64,000 bases of DNA. Source: Steroidobacteraceae bacterium. GTDB lineage: Bacteria; Pseudomonadota; Gammaproteobacteria; Steroidobacterales; Steroidobacteraceae. This document shows positions 57,047 through 64,000 of this stretch, one piece after another (the first letter of the stretch is position 1; every line of letters starts with the position of its first letter). The notes beneath the pieces are model-generated. The model saw only the letters and a list, made by a program, of their open reading frames with translations. It ran no database searches and had not been told where the DNA came from. Both the position numbers and the translations under genes were made by a program. The stretch is taken from assembly GCA_035552975.1 (NCBI GenBank), contig DATNEN010000137.1, positions 159 through 64,158 on the forward strand, given 5' to 3'.

Positions 57047-58024
57047 CTAAGTGCTCAGGGTCTCGCGTACCGCATCTACAATCCGCGCGACGCTCGGAAT
57101 GTACTCGTGCTCGAGCTTGAAGAGCGGCATCACGGTGTCATAGCCGGTGACACGCTTGATCGGCGCATGCAGATCATACAGCCCGTGCTCGGCGACCGTA
57201 GCGGCAATCTCCGCGCCGATGCCGCAGTTTCGCGGTGCTTCGTGCACGATGACGAGCCGCCCCGTTTTCGCGACGGACTCCAGGATGCTGTCGTGGTCGA
57301 TAGGCGACAGTGTCGCGACGTCGATGACCTCACAGCTGACGCCGCCGCCCTCCAGCTGCTCTGCAGCACGCAATGTCTCGACGGTCATCGCCCCCCAGGT
57401 GACTAGGGTGACGTCCGAGCCTTCGCGCAGCTTGAAACAGGTGTCGAGCGGGAGTGCCTGGCCGTCGTCGGCGATCTGCTGTTTCAGGAGACGGTACAGG
57501 CGCACGGGCTCGAGAAACATCACAGGGTCCGGGTCGCGTATGGCCGCGAGCAGCAGTCCGTAGGCGCGGGCAGGGGAGGAGGGGCACACGACCCGCAGCC
57601 CCGGATGGTGTGCGAGCAACACTTCGAGGCTCTCGGAGTGATGCTCCGGAGCGTGAATGCCGCCGCCGTGTGGCATGCGGATCACGATCGGGCACGTGAG
57701 GCGCCCGCGCGTGCGATTGCGCATGCGCGACATGTGGTTTCCGATCTGGTCCAGGGCGGGGTAGAGAAAGCCCATGAACTGGATCTCGGCGACGGGCCGG
57801 AGGCCCTGGGTCGCCATGCCGATGGACATGCCGGCGATCATTCCTTCCGCGAGCGGCGTGTCCTGCACGCGATCCTTACCGAACTGCTCCTGCAAGCCGG
57901 CTGTGGCGCGAAACACGCCGCCGTTGACGCCAACATCCTCGCCGAGCACGACGACGGAAGGGTCGCGAGTCATCTCCCACGCATGCGCGCGGTTGATGGC
58001 TTCAATCATCGTAACCTTAGCCAT
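57047..58024 (-). CDS. 2-oxoacid dehydrogenase E1 component, beta subunit
   Basis: 325 aa. MIEAINRA…VVVLGEDVG.NGGVFR…, a transketolase-like pyrimidine-binding domain plus C-terminal domain. Confidence 0.9.
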   Translation of the reverse strand: MAKVTMIEAINRAHAWEMTRDPSVVVLGEDVGVNGGVFRATAGLQEQFGKDRVQDTPLAEGMIAGMSIGMATQGLRPVAEIQFMGFLYPALDQIGNHMSRMRNRTRGRLTCPIVIRMPHGGGIHAPEHHSESLEVLLAHHPGLRVVCPSSPARAYGLLLAAIRDPDPVMFLEPVRLYRLLKQQIADDGQALPLDTCFKLREGSDVTLVTWGAMTVETLRAAEQLEGGGVSCEVIDVATLSPIDHDSILESVAKTGRLVIVHEAPRNCGIGAEIAATVAEHGLYDLHAPIKRVTGYDTVMPLFKLEHEYIPSVARIVDAVRETLST

Positions 58025-59108
58025 GGAGTGCGTAGCGCCGTGCGCTCTCGCGCTGCTCGCGGACGCTCTTGGGCGGGTTCTGGAAGAGGTTGTCGAACAT
58101 CGCGTCGGTGTGGGGCCTTCCTGCGCTCGCGTAGGTATCGACGGCCGCTTCGACTTCGCGCGCGCACTCCGCTCTCAGCGCTTCCTCCTGCGCATCGCTC
58201 CAGGCACCCAGCTGGGTCAGATATTTGCGTGCGCGCAGCAACGGTTCCTGCTGCCACGCGGCGTGCAACTCGTCCGCGCCTCGATAGCGGCTGGCATCGT
58301 CGGCGGTCGTGTGGTCGCTGAGCCGATACGTCAGGGCTTCGACCAGCGTGGGGCCGCCGCCTGCGCGTGCTTTGGCCAGCGCTTCATCCATCACGTGCCG
58401 GACGGCAATGAAATCGTTGCCGTCGACCTGGACACCGGGGATGCCCGCGGCAATGGCCTTCTGCGCCAGTGTTCTGGCCGCGGTCTGCTTTTCGAGCGGT
58501 ACCGAGATCGCCCACCGGTTGTTGACGATTACGAACACGGCGGGCAGAGCGGCCGTGCCCGCCAGATTGATGGCTTCGTAGAACGCACCTTCGGAGGTGC
58601 CGCCGTCGCCGACGTACGCGACGGCGCAGCGCGGCTCATTGCGGATCTTCATCGCCATGGCGGCGCCGGCGGCGTGCAGCAGTTGCGAGCCGATCGGCAC
58701 CGACCAGGCAAAATCCTGCCGCGGGCCGCTGAAGCAGCTGCCCATCTCATCACCGCCCCAATAGATCAGGATCTCCGACATCCGCACGCCGCGCCAGAGC
58801 TGCGTGCCGTACTCGCGATAATAAGGAGCGAGCACATCTTCCGGACGCATCGCGGCACCGACGGCGACGTGAGTGGCCTCGTGGCCCAGGCATGACGCAT
58901 ACGTGCCGAGCTTGCCCGTGCGCTGCAGATTGACGGCCTTGGCGTCGAAGGTGCGTACCAGACTCATCATCCGATACATGCGCAGCAGCTCGGGTACGTC
59001 CGCCGCGAGCGCCGGAGCCGCAGGGGCCAGATTCGCCTGCGCATCGAGGAACTGGCAGTACTTGATCTGAAACTCGGCAACCGTCTTCAAACAGCCCCCC
59101 GCCAGCAC
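58017..59108 (-). CDS. 2-oxoacid dehydrogenase E1 component, alpha subunit (TPP-dependent)
   Basis: TPP motif GDGGTSEGAFYEAINLAG…VFVIVNNRWAIS. 8-nt overlap with the beta subunit. The exact start is uncertain. Confidence 0.85.
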   Translation of the reverse strand: MLAGGCLKTVAEFQIKYCQFLDAQANLAPAAPALAADVPELLRMYRMMSLVRTFDAKAVNLQRTGKLGTYASCLGHEATHVAVGAAMRPEDVLAPYYREYGTQLWRGVRMSEILIYWGGDEMGSCFSGPRQDFAWSVPIGSQLLHAAGAAMAMKIRNEPRCAVAYVGDGGTSEGAFYEAINLAGTAALPAVFVIVNNRWAISVPLEKQTAARTLAQKAIAAGIPGVQVDGNDFIAVRHVMDEALAKARAGGGPTLVEALTYRLSDHTTADDASRYRGADELHAAWQQEPLLRARKYLTQLGAWSDAQEEALRAECAREVEAAVDTYASAGRPHTDAMFDNLFQNPPKSVREQRESARRYALHG

Positions 59109-59207
59109 CCGACTGCGAGCCTGGGATTATACAGCAAGCCTCCGCCATCCCTCGCGAGGACTATAATAGTTGCGCGTGAAACTAATTTCGCTTGAGGATT
59201 CTCCCCA

Positions 59208-60248
59208 ATGGACAATCCAATGGGAACCGACGGCTTCGAGTTCGTCGAGTACACAGCTCCGGATCCCCACCTGCTGCGGACGCTGTTCGAGCGCCTGGGT
59301 TTCCCGGTGGTGGCGCGCCACCGCTCCAAGAACGTCACGCTGCACAGCCAGGGCGAGGTGAATTTCATCATCAATGCCGAGCCCGACTCGTTCGCGCAGC
59401 GTTTTGCACGGCAGCATGGGCCCTCGGCGTGCGCCATGGCCTTCCGTGTCAAGGACGCCGCCGGGGCCTTCGCGCGTGCGCTGGAGCTGGGAGCGAAGCC
59501 GGGTCCCCAGAGCGCAGGTCCCATGGAGCTGAACATTCCCTGCATCGAGGGTATCGGCGGCTCGCTGATCTATCTGGTCGACCGCTACGGCGGCCCCTCG
59601 ATATACGATGTGGACTTTCGCCCCGTAGACTCCCCCTTCCGCGTCGAGTCGGCGGGGCTGACACGGATCGATCACCTCACGCACAATGTGCACCGCGGGC
59701 GGATGGATCATTGGGCCGGCTTTTATCAGAAGCTGTTCAACTTCCGGGAGATCCGCTATTTCGACATCGAAGGCCAGCAGACCGGATTGCTGTCGCGCGC
59801 CATGACCTCGCCCTGCGGCAAGATCCGTATTCCGATCAACGAGTCGCAGGATGACAAGAGTCAGATCGAGGAGTATCTGCGCGAGTACCACGGTGAAGGC
59901 ATCCAGCACATCGCCCTGGCGAGCGCCGACATCTTTCGAACCGTGGACGTCCTGCGCCGTCACGGCGTTACGTTCCAGGATTCTCCGGAGACCTACTATG
60001 AGGCCGTCGACGCACGCGTTCCCGGCCATGGCGAGCCGTTGGAGGAGCTGCGGTCGCGCCGCATCCTGATCGATGGGAATCCGAGCAAGGGCGAGGGCGT
60101 GCTGCTGCAGATTTTCACGCAGAACGTCATCGGCCCGATCTTCTTCGAGATCATCCAGCGCAAGGGCAATGAGGGCTTCGGCGAAGGCAACTTCCGCGCC
60201 CTGTTCGAATCGATCGAGCAGGACCAGATCCGGCGTGGGGTGATTTGA
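59208..60248 (+). CDS. hppD: 4-hydroxyphenylpyruvate dioxygenase
   Basis: 346 aa. MGTDGFEFVEYTAPDP…, IDHLTHNV, QHIALASADI and FFEIIQRKG..GFGEGNF motifs. A TATAAT at 59162-59167 is a possible -10 element. Confidence 0.9.
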   Translation: MDNPMGTDGFEFVEYTAPDPHLLRTLFERLGFPVVARHRSKNVTLHSQGEVNFIINAEPDSFAQRFARQHGPSACAMAFRVKDAAGAFARALELGAKPGPQSAGPMELNIPCIEGIGGSLIYLVDRYGGPSIYDVDFRPVDSPFRVESAGLTRIDHLTHNVHRGRMDHWAGFYQKLFNFREIRYFDIEGQQTGLLSRAMTSPCGKIRIPINESQDDKSQIEEYLREYHGEGIQHIALASADIFRTVDVLRRHGVTFQDSPETYYEAVDARVPGHGEPLEELRSRRILIDGNPSKGEGVLLQIFTQNVIGPIFFEIIQRKGNEGFGEGNFRALFESIEQDQIRRGVI

Positions 60249-63200
60249 GCGACGCGCTGCGCCTCGAATACGACCCTGCCCTGCCGATCTCCGCTCATCG
60301 GGCCGAGATCCTCGAGGCGCTCGCGCGTCATCCGGTCATTGTCGTGTGCGGCGCCACCGGGTCGGGCAAGACGACTCAACTTCCCAAGCTCTGCCTGGAA
60401 GCGGGGCGCGGCCTCGGGGGCCGTGCCGGACTGATCGGTCACACCCAGCCGCGCAGGATCGCGGCGCGCGCGCTCGCGTCCCGACTGGCATCGGAGCTCG
60501 GGACTACGGTGGGCGGCGCCGTCGGCTACAAGGTCCGCTTCAACGAGCGCACCGGCCCGCAATGCCGCGTCAAGCTGATGACCGACGGCATTCTGCTGAA
60601 GGAGCTCGAGAGCGACGCCTCGCTGCGTCGCTATGACACCCTGATCCTCGATGAGGCCCATGAGCGGAGCCTCAACATCGATCTGCTGCTGGGCGTCATC
60701 AAACGCCTCTCGCCACGGCGCCCGGAGCTGCGGGTGATCGTCACTTCAGCGACGATCGACCCGGGTAAGTTCGCTGCCTTCTTCGAAGGTGCCCCGGTCA
60801 TCGAAGTCTCAGGGCGAAGCTACCCGGTCGAGGTGCGCTACCGCCCCCTCATCGCCGAGGACGAAGACGCCGCGGAGTTGTCATTGCCGGAGGGCATCGT
60901 GGCGGCGGTGCGCGAGCTCGATGGGAAAACGGGTGCGATGCGCGGCGACACGCTGGTGTTTCTCCCCGGAGAGAAACACATTCGCGAGGCCGCCGACGAG
61001 TTGCAGAAAGCCAGGCTGCACAACACGGAGGTCCTGCCGCTGTTCGCACGGCTGTCGACCCGCGATCAGGAGCGCATTTTCGAAGGCCATGCGGCCCGGC
61101 GCGTTGTGCTGGCCACCAATGTCGCGGAGACCTCCCTGACGGTCCCCGGCATCCGCTATGTCATCGATTCGGGGCTGGCGCGCATCAGCCGCTACAGCGT
61201 GCGCGGCAAGGTTCAGCGGCTCCCGATCGAGCGCATCTCCAAGGCGAGCGCAGATCAGCGCAAGGGCCGCTGCGGACGCGAGGCGGAAGGGATCTGCATT
61301 CGCCTGTACTCCGAGGAGGACTTTGCGCAACGCGAGGATTTCACTCCGCCGGAGGTGCTGCGCACCAACCTTGCGAGCGTGATCCTCAGAATGGCTTCGA
61401 TCGGGCTGGGTGAGCCCGAGGCGTTCCCTTTCCTGGATCCGCCGGATACGCGCCTCGTGAACGATGGCGTGCGGCTGCTGCAGGAGCTGAAGGCCATGGA
61501 CGAGGCTCGGCGGGTGACCAGCCTCGGCCACAAAATTGCCGGCCTGCCCGTCGACCCGCGGCTCGGGCGGATGCTGCTGGCGGCGTCTCACCACAATTGC
61601 GTCAGCGAGATGCTTGCCATCACCGCTTTTTTGGAGACTCAGGATCCACGCGAGCGGCCTTCCGATGCGCAGCAGCAGGCGGATGAGAAGCATGCGCTGT
61701 TTGCCGATCAGCGCTCCGACTTCATCGCCGTGCTGAACCTGTGGAATGCTTTCAATGAGCGCGCTGCGGCACTGTCGGGCAACCAGTTGCGGAAGTGGTG
61801 TCGCGAGCATTTTTTATCGTTCGTGCGGATGCGCGAGTGGCAGGAGTTGCATTCGCAACTTTCCGAGGCCGTGCAGGAGTTGCAGCTGCGCCCGAGTCCG
61901 GGCGCGCGCGTTGGGCCAAACGCGACCGCCAGCTACGCCGACCTGCACCAGGCGATTCTGACGGGGTTCCTCGGCTCGATCGGCAGCCTCGATGAGAAAC
62001 GCGAGTACGACGGCCCGCGCGGCACGAGGTTTGTGATTGCCCCCGGGACGCCACTCGCAGCGCGGCCGCCGAAGTGGGTGGTCGCGGGGAGTATCGTTGA
62101 GACCACGCGGGTCTACGCTCGCATGGTGGCGTCGGTCAATCCGCAATGGATCGAGTCCGCGGCAGCTCACCTTCTCAAGCGTACCTACACCGAGCCGCAT
62201 TGGGTGAGCGCACGCGGTTTTGTCGCCGCGTTCGAGACCGTCACGTTGTACGGGCTGACGCTCGCATCGCGGCGGCGCGTCAACTACGGCGCCATTCAAC
62301 CGCGCGAGGCGCGGGATATCTTCATCCGCGAGCACCTGATCAACGCTGCGGAGACGCGCGATCCGGCCGTGCTTGCGAATCGGCGTCTCCAGCAGGAGAT
62401 CGAGGGTCTCGAAGCCAAGATCCGCCGTCGCGACATCGCGGTCGACGAGCAGGCACAGGTCGATTTCTACAACGCCCGGCTCCCGGAGTACGTGAACACC
62501 GTCCTGCTCTTCGACCGCTGGCGTATCGACGCGGAGCGCCGCAATCGCGCAGCGATCGCGGAGCAAGCGGAGCGCCGCAATCGCGCAGCGATCGCGGAGC
62601 AAGTGGAGCGCCGCAATCCCCGGCTGCTCTACATGACTCGCGCCGATCTCATGCGCCGTGACGCTCCCGATGCCGGGCCGGAGCGATTTCCCGACGAGTT
62701 GCCCGTCGGTGCCAACAGGCTGCCGTTGCAGTATCGGTTCGAGCCTGGTGAGCCGGGGGACGGCATCACGCTCATCGTGCCCGAGCCACTGCTGGAGATG
62801 GTGAACGGGGAGCAGTTGGCCTGGCTGGTCCCCGGTCTGCGGCTCGAGAAGATCAGCGAGGTTTTCAGGGGTCTGCCGAAGGGGCAGCGCAAGCTCCTCG
62901 TGCCTGTCCCCGACCACGCTCGGCAGGCGCTGACTGAAGTCGACGAAAGTGCCTTGCCAGCGTTCTACCCCTGGCTGGCAGGATGGGTGTCGCAACGGAT
63001 CGGTGCAGCGGTGACCCCTGCTGAGCTTGCCGCGATCGCGCTCCCGGACTTCCTCAGGATGAACATTCGCGTGGTCGACGCGGATGATCGCGTGGTTTCC
63101 GAAGGTCGCGACCTGGGGGCGATCAAGCGCAAGGTGCAGAACGCGCCGCTACCGGCGGCTCCGGCGGATGCCATCCATCGGCAGTGGGATTTCGGCGATG

Positions 63201-64000
63201 TTCCGGCGAGTCGCGAAGTGGATCGCAATCGACTGCGCCTCATCGTCTATCCCGCGATCGAGGACCGCGTGACCGGTGTGGCTTTGGCCGAGGCCCGCAA
63301 TGCGGCAACCGCCGAGGCAATTTCCCGTACGGGCCTGGTGCGCCTGACAATGTTGGCGCTGCCGCAGCAGGCCAAGTATGTACACAAGCGGTTCGCCGAC
63401 AACCGCGAGCTGGTGCTCCTGAGCAGTGGTCTCCCGTTGGCGATGCCCCTGGCGGATGCGCTGACGCGGCGAGCGTTCCGTGAATGTTTTGTTCCGTTGG
63501 ATGCGGCATTGCCCCGCAGCAGCGCGGAGTTTGCGCAGCGGTTGGAATCGCGGCGCGGCGCGTTGACCGAAGTGGCTGATCAGCTGGCGGCCACGTTGCT
63601 GTCGGGTCTAAAGGAGCTTCGCGCCGCTCGCACGGCGCTGCGTACTCTCGCTCCCGCTGTCTTTGCCGACGCGATCGCGGATATCACCGCACAACTGCAG
63701 ACGATGCTGCCTCCGGCGTTCATCGAGGTAACCCCGCACCCGTGGCTGGACTACTTGCCGCGGTATCTCAAGGCGGTCACGCGACGCATCGAGCGACTCG
63801 CCGGGAATCTCAAACGCGACGCCGAGTTATCGGCCAAAGTAAAGCCCTTCTCTGCGGCGCTGAGATCTCTGTCGGCGCAGCCCTCGTTGGCCGGGACGGG
63901 CGAGCAGCTCGAGCAATTGCGCTGGATGATCGAGGAGTTCCGCGTGTCTCTTTTTGCACAGGAGCTGCGGACGATGATGAAGGTGTCCGAGAAGCGCCTT
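60245..64000 (+). CDS. hrpA: ATP-dependent RNA helicase HrpA (DEAH/RHA family); 3' end outside the window
   Basis: Not in the ORF track because it has no stop in the window. The frame from TTG 60245 reads SDALRLEYDPALPISAHRAEILEAL…VVCGATGSGKTTQLPK…LDEAHERS… through to …WMIEEFRVSLFAQELRTMMKVSEKRL at nt 64000. Overlaps the hppD stop by 4 nt. Confidence 0.9.
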   Translation, partial: MSDALRLEYDPALPISAHRAEILEALARHPVIVVCGATGSGKTTQLPKLCLEAGRGLGGRAGLIGHTQPRRIAARALASRLASELGTTVGGAVGYKVRFNERTGPQCRVKLMTDGILLKELESDASLRRYDTLILDEAHERSLNIDLLLGVIKRLSPRRPELRVIVTSATIDPGKFAAFFEGAPVIEVSGRSYPVEVRYRPLIAEDEDAAELSLPEGIVAAVRELDGKTGAMRGDTLVFLPGEKHIREAADELQKARLHNTEVLPLFARLSTRDQERIFEGHAARRVVLATNVAETSLTVPGIRYVIDSGLARISRYSVRGKVQRLPIERISKASADQRKGRCGREAEGICIRLYSEEDFAQREDFTPPEVLRTNLASVILRMASIGLGEPEAFPFLDPPDTRLVNDGVRLLQELKAMDEARRVTSLGHKIAGLPVDPRLGRMLLAASHHNCVSEMLAITAFLETQDPRERPSDAQQQADEKHALFADQRSDFIAVLNLWNAFNERAAALSGNQLRKWCREHFLSFVRMREWQELHSQLSEAVQELQLRPSPGARVGPNATASYADLHQAILTGFLGSIGSLDEKREYDGPRGTRFVIAPGTPLAARPPKWVVAGSIVETTRVYARMVASVNPQWIESAAAHLLKRTYTEPHWVSARGFVAAFETVTLYGLTLASRRRVNYGAIQPREARDIFIREHLINAAETRDPAVLANRRLQQEIEGLEAKIRRRDIAVDEQAQVDFYNARLPEYVNTVLLFDRWRIDAERRNRAAIAEQAERRNRAAIAEQVERRNPRLLYMTRADLMRRDAPDAGPERFPDELPVGANRLPLQYRFEPGEPGDGITLIVPEPLLEMVNGEQLAWLVPGLRLEKISEVFRGLPKGQRKLLVPVPDHARQALTEVDESALPAFYPWLAGWVSQRIGAAVTPAELAAIALPDFLRMNIRVVDADDRVVSEGRDLGAIKRKVQNAPLPAAPADAIHRQWDFGDVPASREVDRNRLRLIVYPAIEDRVTGVALAEARNAATAEAISRTGLVRLTMLALPQQAKYVHKRFADNRELVLLSSGLPLAMPLADALTRRAFRECFVPLDAALPRSSAEFAQRLESRRGALTEVADQLAATLLSGLKELRAARTALRTLAPAVFADAIADITAQLQTMLPPAFIEVTPHPWLDYLPRYLKAVTRRIERLAGNLKRDAELSAKVKPFSAALRSLSAQPSLAGTGEQLEQLRWMIEEFRVSLFAQELRTMMKVSEKRL
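62531..62618 (+). repeat. In-frame 36-bp tandem duplication (2.4 copies) inside hrpA
   Basis: GCGGAGCGCCGCAATCGCGCAGCGATCGCGGAGCAA occurs at 62531-62566 and identically at 62567-62602. A partial copy GTGGAGCGCCGCAATC follows. It encodes AERRNRAAIAEQ-AERRNRAAIAEQ-VERRN. Confidence 0.9.

Overview
GC-rich proteobacterial chromosome segment with strong GC3 codon bias. Gene content and a Xanthomonas-type xyl-box suggest a Xanthomonadales/Nevskiales-like gammaproteobacterium, but this is not proven. Almost all of it is densely packed housekeeping or metabolic genes. I saw no transposase, integrase, phage, CRISPR/cas or recognisable defence genes. In order, the window holds: (1) a glucuronoxylan/hexuronate cluster (ExuT-like MFS, GH43, ManD-type mannonate dehydratase, GH67 alpha-glucuronidase) with a perfect TGGTAGCGCTACCA palindrome and a 22-27 bp tandem repeat upstream of aguA; (2) a HAMP-GGDEF-EAL signalling protein; (3) gabT, TrxR-like ferredoxin-NADP reductase, azurin, tesB, a CpcT-like protein, an alpha/beta-hydrolase lipoprotein, an FAD-linked oxidase, htpX and a VIT1/CCC1 transporter; (4) a very acidic small protein and proBA; (5) a molybdenum-cofactor operon (moeA-moaA-moaC plus two unusual fusion genes, MobA-MoaD and MoaE-[His-rich repeat]-MoeB-rhodanese), preceded by a small periplasmic protein and tag; (6) an amino-acid permease, tRNA-Arg(UCG), an MscS-family channel, a YXWGXW-repeat secreted protein, a GT39/ArnT-like glycosyltransferase, a GNAT with an odd C-terminal domain, glpD and lpxL-like; (7) a ModF-like ABC ATPase / serine-hydrolase / MFS trio and PhzF; (8) a TPP riboswitch controlling a TonB-dependent receptor - YkoF-like - PnuT - ThiK-like thiamine salvage operon; (9) a 2Fe-2S ferredoxin, an RraB-like protein, gpmA, and the 180-kDa NAD-glutamate dehydrogenase translationally coupled to an E1alpha/E1beta/E2 2-oxoacid dehydrogenase set; (10) hppD and hrpA (3' end outside the window). 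The observations most worth a second look are the two Moco fusion proteins with the histidine-repeat linker, the start-less ferritin-like extension of the VIT gene lying in frame behind a single TAG, and the riboswitch-controlled outer-membrane-to-kinase thiamine salvage operon. All homology statements come from reading the translated ORFs from memory. No database search was run.
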